A stretch of DNA of 63,367 nucleotides, counting the filler, from Sphacelaria rigidula (lineage: Eukaryota), in NCBI GenBank assembly GCA_964200075.2. It is 9 parts of 9 records of this genome, joined end to end, with 100 filler letters (N's around TTAATTAATTAA, not from the genome) between each part and the next. Parts side by side here need not be neighbours in the genome. Positions count along the whole stretch, not along the records: positions 7,054 to 14,005 come from CAXNAA020017239.1; positions 14,106 to 21,057 come from CAXNAA020017240.1; positions 21,158 to 28,109 come from CAXNAA020017241.1; 6 more parts are not named here. One strand, 5' to 3'. Under the pieces are notes generated by a model that was not told where the DNA came from, searched no databases, and saw nothing but the letters and a program-made list of their open reading frames with translations. A program made the translations under genes and the position numbers. Of this stretch, positions 12,890-24,649 are shown piece by piece; within the stretch, counting starts at the first letter, position 1, and each line of letters starts with the position of its first letter.

Positions 12890-13916
12890 CCTCATCGTTC
12901 CCTTGGCACGTGCAACGGGGAATCCCGAACCTTGAAACTTGGTGTGGGATTTGCATGATGAATGGCGCAGTGACAGTGTAGTCGGGACTAGATGAACATT
13001 TTCGTTATATGTGTTCGTCTACTGAGACGTTTGCACCGAGCTTGGTAGGTACGTTCTGTGTAGGAGCTTTGTTCATTCTGTGCTTTTGTTGAGATTTTGT
13101 TTCTCGAGGGGAACCCTTGGTGAAGACGGTTGCAGCGAGAGATTCTGCCAGCATGTATTGTACATATCCTTGAAGCTGTTGTTAGCAGTTGGTCGAGCGT
13201 AATACTTTCGAGAAGTCTGCATGTACAAAATGACACGTGGGACACGCGGCTTTGGCGATGCAGAGGAGAAGCACAAGGTCCGGTCGATGATATCTAGGGC
13301 TGGGAACTGGACCAGTTTGTACTGGTAGTTAAACTGGAACTGGAGTTGAACAGGAACTGGTGATGAGGACTGCAGTTTATCCAGTTTATTTGAAGTTTGC
13401 CGTTATCGGCTATGTTTGTACCATTTTTTGTATGGTTCGTTTATAACAAAGATGCTTACATGATTACGAACAAAATGGCAATAGGATTGGGGCCTGCACC
13501 TGACAACAGTACAGGTACAGACAGTACAGTACAATATTCGTGGTTACTACACCTTAAAGTGATATTGCGGATATATGCCAGGTTTGTCGTTTCATAGCAC
13601 GACATATAAAATCTGGAATAAAAAATATCAAACAGTAATCCGCGACCATAGTACAAAGTACACCATGGCTTGCAATTCAACTGCATGCGTGCTTGTGGGT
13701 CCGGACGTCAATCATCTTGCGCTCTTATCTCCGCGTGTTGCCAGCCTTGGCTTGTTTGCATCCTCCTCTCCTCACGAAGAGTCTACTGCTGCATAATACA
13801 GATGAATGGTTTTCGAATCGCTCATCGCTTTGAATGGGATTCGAATGTCATCCGAGAGTGCCCCCAAAAAAAACAGTCCGAGACCCTATGCCCCTTGTTC
13901 GAATCCTGGAGTCTTC

Positions 13917-14005
13917 GGGGTGGGAGTGTACTCATGATCATGCATGCCATAGTCATACGACCATTGACCTCGCATCCCTACAAAGCCGGGAGCGATTCGA
14001 AAACC
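13917..14005 (-). mobile_element. SINE-like family B 3' end
   Basis: GTACTCATGATCATGCATGCCATAGTCATACGACCATTGACCTCGCATCCC with G-rich flank. Confidence 0.75.
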
Positions 14006-14105
14006 NNNNNNNNNNNNNNNNNNNNNNNNNNNNNNNNNNNNNNNNNNNNTTAATTAATTAANNNNNNNNNNNNNNNNNNNNNNNNNNNNNNNNNNNNNNN
14101 NNNNN
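14006..14105. other. Artificial contig linker
   Basis: N44-TTAATTAATTAA-N44. Confidence 0.98.
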
Positions 14106-14295
14106 TGATGGGAATATGCCCGGTCAGCAGTCACTGACCAAGGTTCCAGCCTAAAACCATGTAACTTGTCCTTGAGTTGTTATTGTAAAGGATTTAGTAT
14201 GGAAACGGCAGATACCACCCCCACCCACCCCCTAATCGGTCCCAAATGTATAAAAAGGGGTGTGGGTCCAAAACAAAAAAAATTGTGCGCCCTTG

Positions 14296-14529
14296 CAGCG
14301 GCACCAAACTTTTATTTTTTATTTTTCATGAGTTAAGGGCAATAATCAGTTTTCAGGTATCAGTAAAATGCCCTTAACTCTTGAAAAATAAAAAAATAAC
14401 TTTTGGTTGCCTATTTTTAATTTTTTCATGAGTTCAGGGTGATAATCAGTTTTCAGGTATCAGTAAAATACCCTTAACTCATGAAAAAAAATATATATAC
14501 ATATATATGTATATGTTGGTGCCGCTGTA
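14296..14529. repeat. Two tandem hairpin units inside an outer inverted repeat
   Basis: Unit approximating TTTTTCATGAGTTAAGGG-ATAATCAGTTTTCAGGTATCAGTAAAAT-CCCTTAACTCATGAAAAA occurs twice; outer CAGCGGCACCAA / TTGGTGCCGCTG. Confidence 0.75.
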
Positions 14530-17500
14530 ATTTGTTTTTTCATGCCCTATGCATTGTCCATATACCAAATTTCAGGGTCCAACTCTAACTATTGGCGGGA
14601 GCATGGGTCTGCAAACTTCAAATCCGTCCCTGGGATGGCCCAGCTCGTATTGCACTGGCAGTACCATACGGCCAACAATCGGATGTACTAGTCCCCCAAG
14701 TCCAGCGTTCGTGGGTTCTAGGAGGCAGATACCTATCGTCTTAGGTTAGTCACGTGACTGCGCACACCCATGATATCTACTATTCGTACTCTACTATACC
14801 AACGCACTGTGTACTGGTGTGCGCCAGTGTCATACATGTCCATCCATGAGATCAAGATCCTGACGGTATCTTGAGATGATGATGTGGACCGCGTTCTGTG
14901 ATGATGAAATGGCGCCCTCCGCCTACCTTCAAGGATCCACGGTCGATCCTAGCACATCTTTGGTCAAGCAAGGTTGATGCGTGCTGGAAATCTCGCTCCG
15001 CCGCTCCGCGCGATGGTGAGGGCAGCCACCAACAACCCCATCCGAAAAACGGTAGCGACAACAGTGCTTCGTGTCATCCTATTGATATCATTCCCCAGAA
15101 GATACGTCGCGCAGGCGTTTTCCAAGTGTACGCCCTGAAACCTCAAGCACAGTCGATCCTACACGGTTTGAGAAAGCACCTACTTACATCACTGCTGATG
15201 TGGAGTTGTATAAAACACCTGCAGCGACGTTTTCAAGTAAGTCCTACCCAGGTGTTCCATCCACCACACAGCGCACGAATGGATTATGGTTGGACCACAC
15301 AGCAGTAGCACCGACTGTACTCAACTCTTGGTCATTTTCCATTTCCGGTGCCCTGAAACGCGATCGCACTCGATTGAAAACCGAAGATACCTCACGCTGC
15401 CCCAGCTTGCTTGAACTTCTCGTCACTGGAGATTTTTCTCGCTCAAGTCGTGCGTAGGTCTATTCTTAATGGTGCGGTTGTGGTTGAAAACTTTATACTT
15501 CCCTTGTGCTGTGGTTTTCCATTTTCCACCGGAAAATTGGCAAGCGCCATTATTAGCGGTGGGGCCAAGTGTTGCATTTCACGTATACTACCACCAAATA
15601 TTATGGTATCAAATAGAGCAGGCGTCCAACATCATTTTAGTCGCCCCTACTGTAAAGACAGAATGACAATGTCTACACTATCTAGGAGCAAACACGGTTG
15701 TCGTCGACTGTGTACAGTGAAAAGATAATATGTATGCACTCGTATGCAGACTACACTCCCGCAACCACAACATAAATCAGCATCACCATGCTGATTACTT
15801 CATGCTCTCTGGGCATCACGTCAGGCTCGTGGTCGTTAATGGTGATCAGGTGTATACAGAAGGTAGTTTTTCTCGCTAAGATGGACGTCTATGATACCGA
15901 CCTCGTGCGGCGAAGCCTTTGGGGGGGGCTGGCAATCGATCTTACAGCTACGGGTACAAGTACCATCACTCATCTGTCGTCTGAACCACAGGAAAGAGAC
16001 CTGCTAGATGACCTACGAGTACCATCTATCCGAATTTATGGATGATGAGTGATTGAGAAATACCTTCCTTGCTTCCTGACGAGAATCACGATATTACGGA
16101 GGAGGGTATCCCACAAGAAATTCAGCACGGTCTTCGGTCTTCGGCAGGTCGTGAACCAGCACGTCCTTCGGCTGGCCGTTGAGAAGAGCCCGTCACATAC
16201 ATGGTACCATGATTGGTGGGTTGGAGTTGATGCCCCACAACCAAATCCATCGGTGGTCACAACACAGGCATACCCAACGTAAAAATATATAACGTCTGGT
16301 AGATGAAACACGATACATACAGCGCAAAATCAAAAAGAAAGAAGGAGCGAACAAGCAGACGAAATAGAAAAGGACGAAGGAAAACAAAAGAGACCCGAAA
16401 ACAAAAAAACAAAAATAAAGGAATTAAAGGAAACGGGGAGTGAGAAATGGAAAAGCCGGGCGGGCCAAGATCCCGCAACAGGCCCGAGAAAGGGGGAACA
16501 AAATATAACGCAGACAAAAACGGAAGGGGTTGCTAAGCTGTAACTTTCCACTCATTGATCCATTCATCTTGGCTCAACGGTCGTGAGTACCGTCGCGTTG
16601 ACGAGAAGATACCAGTTCTTTTCGAGGCAAATGGCAAGTGGATGGCAGCACGTAAAGCGATAAGCCGCGACTTCTGAAACCACGCGTCATCCTTGTATCA
16701 TCATATCCGCGCGTATATATCCATGCAACCACCGTACGTAGTATTTTCTCCACAGCACACCTTGTAACTACTACCCAGTATGGACGCATGATGCCTAGAC
16801 ACCCACGTATGTCTAGCACGGAAATAATCGAAGGCCGACCTATCCCTTCGTTTCGCGCGCGACTCGAATCCTGGCAGCGTCCCCAAACCACCAAAAACGC
16901 ATAGTAGAGACATATTATTATATAACCGATAGATTTTCTACGCCTACCCTTTCACCGCGCTGCGTTGCATATGTTTCCACTTGCTACTTGAAGGCAGTTG
17001 AAAACAGGTCCAAAAATTGCATCGCCGGGACCTAAGGCAGTAGAAAATATACGAAGTAGGGGAACACCGCGGTGACAGGGTAGCCCTATATTATTTGTTG
17101 TTTATTCTCACGTGTCAACGTTTCGCCTCAAAAATCTACAGATTAAAATCAAGCCGCGCATGGCCTGTGCACTGTCGCGACGGAATAATATACAGTACCC
17201 TTAGCCGGCCCAGGTATTCCTCTGTTCTAGTTGCAAACGTTCCCAATAATGACATATTTGTGAATCCTGTGGCCCCCAACCCCCCCTGATTCATGTAAAT
17301 TCGTCTAGATTAGTTGCTTCCCACACATTTCGGGGATAATCCATGGACCGACTACAGGCATGCATGTATGTGGCGCAAAGGGTCATGGCAACATATCGTT
17401 GTATAATATCCGATCAACGGTCTGTAGAAGAAAACGAAATGGGCCCGTAGGGGGGGATAGCCAACCTGCTGTCCCCAAGTTCATTGCCGAGGCGTGGGCG

Positions 17501-17691
17501 AATGGGTGCAGTAAGCTGCCGTATACAGAGATCCCTGGCATGGAGACCGATGCGATGGCGGACACGACAACCCCCCAAGCTCATCACTCGCCATGATTAC
17601 ATTTATAGGATCATGTTCCGTATCGTGTGCCTCGAGTAACCACCAGTAGTCCGGGCAAGTGTGGCGAGGCGTGAGATAACGTTGCTACTTT

Positions 17692-17949
17692 GAGCAATGC
17701 TACGGTATTGGTGCACTTTCTGCGCCAAATCATGTCTGGTTCGGGGGCTCCTGACGATCCTGGATGCACAAAACATTGGGTCAGGGCATTCCCGTTTGCA
17801 AATACATTCGGGATATTATCCCTCGCACATGGTATCTGGCGTACTCTCACATACTTCATAATAAATAAGTAGTGTTTTGGATTAAATGAAGGGCTCTTAA
17901 CAATTTTAACATCAGAAAATATGTGTGCACCCCTACCGTAGCATGACCC
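17692..17949. mobile_element. MITE with GAG termini and 4-bp TSD (Sola2-like)
   Basis: TIR approx GAGYRATGCTACGGTAGGGGTGCAC; CTTT on both flanks; homologous to 22108-22364. Confidence 0.8.
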
Positions 17950-18009
17950 CTTTGGCTCCAGGTTGTCGCCACCGCGTGCGCTCGTGTGCATATATATAAT
18001 ATGTGTGTG

Positions 18010-18215
18010 TGACCGCGGCCGGCATCCGAGGCCATCGGGACAGAGCGGCCAAGGAGCAGAAGCGAATATACGAACCTCGCAAAGCCCAACAGACTTTTTG
18101 GTTTTAATTATGAGTGTTTCTTGTTTGATTTTTTCGACAATATATTGACAGAAAAAAAAAGCGCACCCGCATGAAAATTTTCGAAGAATTGTCCCCCGGG
18201 AGAGGGGGGGGGGGG
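18010..18215 (-). repeat. Dispersed repeat family C
   Basis: Reverse-complement similarity to ~33800-34020 and ~34890-34980 (GGTGGGCTTTGCG...TCTGCTCCT...TGTCCCG). Confidence 0.6.
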
Positions 18216-18480
18216 CGTGTTCGAAGATCTTCTCCCAACACACCCTTGATCAGGTATTATATATAATATATATACTGTACATATATATATATATATATTG
18301 TATCTCTTCATAACCCCTTGATGTGGCGCCCAACAAGGGGTTCAGCGGGAGACTCTCTTCGGCCCGAACACTTATCTACAGCAAATAATCGAAGCATGAT
18401 TCATCCTGGCGAGGGTGAAAAGTCGAGGGGACGGGGGTGGGGGACACGGCATAAAAACGACGGGGGGGGGGGGTATAATA

Positions 18481-18620
18481 GAGTAATGCCGCGGTAGGGG
18501 TGCACTTTTCAGTCCAAAAGTTTTCTAAGGCTGCACACGAAGGTTCAGATATTTTTCATCGAGAGGCTCCTACAGTAAAGAGTCCCGGGAAAAAAGTACA
18601 CCCCTACCGTGGCATTGCTT
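18481..18620. mobile_element. Short (140 bp) relative of the Sola-like MITE
   Basis: GAGTAATGCCGCGGTAGGGGTGCAC ... GTACACCCCTACCGTGGCATTGCTT; flanks AATA/GATA. Confidence 0.65.
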
Positions 18621-18821
18621 GATATAGCTCGATCAAAAATGAGGCGAAGGCCAGGCTATGTTTTCTTGAATAGAGAAGTATGGCTGCGAGCACGGGTCCG
18701 AACAAGGAGAGGCTAAAATGAAGGAAAGCAAAATACTGTACGCCATGATGATTTCCAATATCAAGGCGTTAATCCTCGTGTTATCACATAGAGTTGAGCA
18801 TACAGATGAGAATTGATACCT

Positions 18822-19103
18822 ATGGTGGCTCCGAAGTATGGATCAACGCTACCTACGGCAGAAATCCCGCCTTCTCTATCGGGCACGGCAACAAATGCCG
18901 CTTCGCCAGACGCCGACACCAGCAATGCCAACAACAACGTGGATGATGTGTTGGAGAGAAGGCGACCAAGTCGAGAGACGATACTATCGGGTTTTGTCAC
19001 TATGGCGAGCGAGCACAGGCAGGAGGGTAATAAGCTGTTCAAGTTCCAAGATTATGAGAGAGCGGCAAATAGTTATTCGGAGGCATTGTTCATGCTGCAG
19101 AAG
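18822..19103 (+). CDS. Exon (probably first) of a TPR-domain protein
   Basis: ATG at 18822 after in-frame stop; ASEHRQEGNKLFKFQDYERAANSYSEALFML is a canonical TPR helix pair; ends AAG|GTGCG donor. Confidence 0.75.
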
Positions 19104-20981
19104 GTGCGCTGAGCGTTGTTGTACCACGGCGTTGTTTGCGTTCGGGGGTACCGGAGATTACTGCTGCAACACGGATTGGGTACTGTACTTACAGAAAGTG
19201 TACAGTAGTATAATAGTATAGGCGGAGACAGACTTCTGACTCGTGTATTATTGTCAACATGTAAAGGTCAGCGTCTGATTGTTTCACCGTAGCTGGCGGA
19301 GTATTGACCCCTCCCCATGCAGGTGACCTTTTCAACCCCAACGTTCTTGAGGAGCAAAAACGCCAGTAGAATTCACCTCGACCTCGCAATCTAAATAGTG
19401 ATATATCACTGATAAAAAGCTCTCAATAACCTTTCCCGACATCACTTTGTGCGGTTCTCGAGAAATTCGGAGTCGAAAAAACGTTAAAGGGGTGTTATAC
19501 CCCGTCACGCAGGAGTACAACTACTACTGTACTGTGGACTCACTCCTGTCTTGCCTGTCTTTACAACAGATCTCGGCGATTGGCCTGCCGTCAAGCGAAA
19601 AAATATTTATCATCGTATGTACGCGTACACGATGCACGGTATGGAGTGTACTGCTGTGGACTGAATTGCATAGTGCGTTGTGTGCCGACTTGTTTTTTGC
19701 TTGCTTGTGAGGTCCAAACATTCGTAAAATACTGCAGTTGACTCCGTATATATGGCGGTAAACAAGCGGAAGGCGTCCGCATCAGATGCCTAGTACGAAT
19801 GTACCGCGCAGATATCGGAACGGTTTTTAATGTGAAGACAACAACAACGGGCATCGTGCCCCGAGTGGCATGATGAGTCACTTACACGATGAGACGGGGA
19901 ACCATGACCAGTCGGACGTGCCGATACCTCGTTGATCGCTGAGCCCCGGGAAAAAAAAAATGACGTATTTTAGCTGGACAAATCAGATGACTGTGTTGGG
20001 GAAAACGCGATCAACACTGTTTACCTTACAGGAGGCTATGTCATTGTTGTTCGCATCACTTCACTGTTGTGGGGCGAGTAGGCACGTGAGCAGAATAACG
20101 GAACAGTTTATCGTATTGCATCCTCAATGTCCTCTACTAGTATAGAAAGAATGAAAATCAATGAATACAATATTTGCAGCTTTGACAGTTCTACGGTCTT
20201 GTCAGGAAACAACGACTCGAATAAATCGCGTGGGTAAAGGCCTCACCGCAAAAGTCGAGCTCCACGGACACAAGTTCCTCTCCCGAGATACTGCATATCC
20301 GGTTTCGTCAACAAGGGGGAACATGTCTAATTTGGGACAGGTTGAAGTTTCACGTTTGTAGTCACGAACCGCTGTCACTGCGATCATTTTGGGGGGCCAA
20401 AAACAGCGAGTGCAGTTTATTTGTTTTGTCGCGAAGAGCCAGATGCAATATATAGTCATCTTCCATCGCTCCTCTCTGCCCACAGTTTATGCTACAGTAC
20501 TTCTGCGTCTGCCCACCGGCAAGCAGTGCTGTACTTGCTGCGGTTTCTTCTGTAAGTCAGCTAGGGCGAAGTGACGGAAGACCGTACATAAATGCCCGTG
20601 CGCCCCTTCTCGTGCGAGTTTGAGTCCCCCTAACTGGTTACTGGCTTAGATATCAATCCCTTTTGTCACTGCTGGAATGCTAAATCGTGTTCAACTCTCA
20701 GCGGGGTTGACTGCCAACGCACACATTGTCCAGGGCACACACACCCTCTGCATCCATCGCCCTTCACCGAGAGTTCTCGGTATGCCGGAGGTTGGGGTCA
20801 GGGTTACGATTAGGGTACAACGAAAAAGATGTATCAAGCGTGGGTTTTCGGATTCGATGTCGCCTACACCCGGCTCCCATTCGTACGTAGCAACGCATAC
20901 ACTTGGTTCGTTTGTGATCACCCTGCTTCAATCCTGGGCTGTTTCACGGTTTTCGAAGTATGCGCCCCCCCCCCCCTCCCA

Positions 20982-21057
20982 CTGAGCCTGGTCCGGCGAA
21001 AACCCGGCGTTCTCCGTCCCGGCTTTGGAGGGATGTGAGGTCAATGGTCTGATGACT
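20982..21057 (+). mobile_element. SINE-like family B fragment starting directly after a poly-C tract
   Basis: GAGCCTGGTCCGGCGAAAACCCGGCG...GGTCAATGGTC, cut by contig end. Confidence 0.7.
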
Positions 21058-21157
21058 NNNNNNNNNNNNNNNNNNNNNNNNNNNNNNNNNNNNNNNNNNN
21101 NTTAATTAATTAANNNNNNNNNNNNNNNNNNNNNNNNNNNNNNNNNNNNNNNNNNNN
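21058..21157. other. Artificial contig linker
   Basis: N44-TTAATTAATTAA-N44. Confidence 0.98.
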
Positions 21158-22107
21158 GGGGGGGGGGGCAACACGGGCACTCTAGCCCCAAGTTTCTGCC
21201 GCAGATCCCTGTATTCCGGCGCCCTCTTGCGGGGAGAACCTCATGGTGCAAGGGGTAAACGGCGGGTGCAGTGAATAGAGTGATGGCGGCGCGCGAAAGG
21301 CCGCGTGCGGCCCATGAAAATAAGCGGCGAGGCGGGTGGTAAACGGCGTGATACATGAGCGCGAAACCCGCATGCATTATGCTGCGTTGGTGCGACGCCA
21401 CACGCATGCACAGTCGAATACGTCCCACGTGATGCTGCTTGAGGGCTGTCGGCGCGATACTCGCGTGTGATTACAGCGGCATGATGGAGTACATGGTGTT
21501 GGTGACGGCACGACAGTTGCGCGGGGCACGACGTGCTTACAGGAAAGAGGTGGGCATGATTGCCGCTGTGATTCCGACCACGACAAGGAACTGCCGTTTG
21601 CATAGAGGTTGGTCGTGAAAGTGCAAGCGTTTTATAAGGTAACCGCGCACCGTAAAGGCACAAGCTGCTGGCTTATGGCGCTTCCAGACGGGTGCAATTT
21701 GGTGTCGTTTTATCAGGGGGTGGTTTATACCGTGAAAGTGTTCGAGTGTGAAGTGACCCCTCACACACAGGCAGGTAGCGGTGCGCACGAGTGGGAGAAA
21801 GCAAGAGGAGTGGAGTGGAGGCGAGCGTGACAGTGCTGCATCACACCCTCGCGCTGTCATTGGGGTTAGCGTATGCTGTTTTCAATAGTTTTGTGCGCGA
21901 CTGTGAACATCGCTGTGTGCTTGGCCTCACCTGCTCTTCGCTGCGAAGGTGTGCCTTGGCTGCGGTGCTGTACAGACAGTGCAAGCATCCCCCTCCGCCT
22001 TGTGCTGATCTTCCCTGCACGTGGAGAGGGCACATGACACCAAACAGTCGAGGCTGGTGTTGATTGTAGTGGTTGGATAGCGATCTGTGCCTACGTTCTT
22101 TGCCTGT

Positions 22108-22364
22108 GAGTAATGCTACAGTAAAGGTGCACTTTTTTCGCGAAATCTTGTCTAGTTCAGGGGCTCCTAACGATTCTAGATGCACAAGAATATGGATCAG
22201 GACATCCTCGTTTGCCAATTCGCTCGGGATATCCCCAGCACATTGGAGTAGTATTCCTGGCGTACTTTCACATATTTTCGTAAGTGGTGTTTCGCATGAG
22301 ATCAAGGGCTCCTAAGAATTCCAACCTCAGAAAATATTTGTGCACCCCTACCGTAGCATCACTC
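22108..22364. mobile_element. MITE with GAG...CTC termini and 4-bp TSD (Sola2-like)
   Basis: GAGTAATGCTACAGTAAAGGTGCAC ... GTGCACCCCTACCGTAGCATCACTC; CTGT on both flanks. Confidence 0.82.
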
Positions 22365-22634
22365 CTGTACAGCCTCTACTGCTTCACCGGTTTTTAGAGC
22401 CAGTGCGAGCACCCTTCCAGCATTCCAGCCCCTCTGCCCAGCTTGAGAGTCATCGCGAGCGACCGGTTTTCAGCGGTCAAAGGTACTTCTTCGCCCGTGC
22501 CAACGGGTGTTTTCGTTTCCCTATGATATGAGGTCGTCGCCTTTGTGCTGTTTTGGGTTTGGGGGGGGCTGCGTGATCGAGTTGTACACGCAGATGCGCG
22601 CGCTGTACAGACCGTGCGGTGCATGAGCCTCACC

Positions 22635-22930
22635 TTGTAGGGGCTCAGCTTCGAGTAGGTCTTCTGAAGAACTTGTTGTCAACGTCCCCAACCTTCGCGG
22701 AAGCAGTCGTAACACCAATCAAGCCGTTTTGTTTAGCAAATTCGGTCCACCTACCGTGGTGAACGTTCCACTGCCGGTGAAAGCAGCAGTCAAGACGCTG
22801 TGGTGGAGCGAGGACGGCCTGTGAAAGATGTGGGTGTCCGGATTCGCCCATGTTGAGTTTGCAGGACCCCAAGAGGACGGCCCGTAACGGCCCAAAAACC
22901 GCCGTGCAGCGGTGATGCTTACCTCCGCCG
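22635..22930 (-). pseudogene. Possible degraded pogo/DDE_1-type transposase fragment
   Basis: Frameshifted peptides FLGRYGPSSW, THIFHRPSS and QRLDCCFHRQW loosely resemble LDGHxSH...LPxHxSHxxQPLD. Confidence 0.3.
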
Positions 22931-24649
22931 TTTGACGCCGATAGGGCTCTGTTTTCAAAACTGTTTTTTTACAGCCTTTGTGTGCTCCCTGCGGACCCTG
23001 TGCGAGTATTATTTTCTACTGTTGTCGCCGTTACATGCAACGCCTTTAATGTGTTTTCTGACAGCCGTCATGTTCAAGTCCGCAGCGTACCACCTGATTT
23101 GTGGGGGTTCTTCTCACCCACCGTGTTCACCACACGCGGCAGTTGACCCTGTTATACGCGGATATTCGGCTTCTCCACTTGACAGCGGTTATCACGATAT
23201 CATTGTTTACGCAGGTGGAGCACTATACGCTGAGATATCCTTGCTGGCATGTACGCGATGTTGGCTGAAACATGATGAAATAAAAGCGGCGGAATCACGC
23301 GTTCGGTCTATTTTCAGTATAAAATTCAAAAACTACGGATCTTGCAAATATCAGACGCTAACTACTGTAGCGAGAGTGGCACCCCGCTCGTTTCCGTGGC
23401 AGGGCGTGTAAAGTATCAAACCTTCCTTGAAAAAGGCGTGCAGCGTGAAGTACAATGCGATGGGGGGGGGGACTACGCAGCAACTGGGAGATAAAAGCGG
23501 GGATGCAGCCGAAGTTCAGGTTTGATGTTCCCGAAGTGCGAAATTCAAAATACTGCGGGAGTGGGCACGAGCCCATTCAAGACGACACTCGGGGTAAAAC
23601 GCCAATGGTCATTGGTGAGAACTTTTCGTTCAGCCCGGCGGATCAATCATCGCGTGTTATGAGCAAAACCTTGGTGTCGAATAAAAAAATACAATTCGTC
23701 AGGACGCAATACCCAACTCAACGCAATCGTCCGGTGGAGATACGGCCTACAACAAGGGTGGTATGATTGGTCATTCATGGAGGAACACTGGACCACGAGC
23801 AACGGAACGACACAAGAGTACACACCCGAGTCGCCAGCTGACGAGGCTGCGCCACGGGATAGGGGTAGCACAAACAAGCAAACACATCCAGATGATTTTT
23901 CGAGATGCAGAAACTCACTTCAACCTGAAACAGTCGTCGGGGATCAATACGGCCTACAACAAGGGCGGTATCATTAGCAGTACATGGTGTAACCAAGGAC
24001 CCGTGCAACAAGATGATGTAAGGGGATAGATACTCCCGTGCGGCGAGCTCTCTTGGCTGGCGGCGGGGGGTTGAGCAGTGACAACAACAAACACATCCAG
24101 AGAAAGTCATCAAAATTCCAAACATGTGGGAGGCTGGACTAAATTTACAGTCCTCTCATCGCGTAAAGAAATCTCGAAGACAAAAAATAAATAAATAACA
24201 CTAGATGCCCAGGGGACACGGACAGAGATGCGACAACGACAAGGAATGTGACTACGGGCACTAGAAACGTAGTCACCAATAGGGCAACGCAGCATAAAGA
24301 AACACGATACCAAAACCTGCGAGGGACTACAATGCAGGGGGGGGGGGGGCTACGATCTGATATCTGACCAGATTGGATTGGGAAATCGAAACCCGCTAAG
24401 GTGAGGGGGGCTACGATCTGATATCTGACCAGATCGGATTAGGGTTCTTAAATCCGCCAAGGGGAGCGTATCGCTCGCCGCATCGCCGAGGGATGCGGAC
24501 GGTGTGTCGTAGCAACTCAAGTCAAGCTTACGATACAATCGGTGTTGGGGGGGTACGATCTGATATTTTGACCAGATCGGGGGGGGGGTGCTGGGAAACA
24601 GCCAGGGCAGCGGCATATGAAAGGGGCACGTGAGCTGTGTCCGAAGGCG

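Noticed and set aside
15200-15730. Harbinger-like transposase remnant on the minus strand (VFNRVRSRFR)
   Set aside because: Only one weak motif; catalytic motifs not recoverable.
19570-19638. Second exon of the TPR gene (ISAIGLPSSEKIFIIVCTRTRCT)
   Set aside because: AG/GT sites and phase fit, but the peptide lacks a convincing TPR pattern.
21040-21057. Hammerhead ribozyme core (CTGATGA) in family B
   Set aside because: Present in only one copy as a variant of CTTATGA; no matching GAAA and stems seen.
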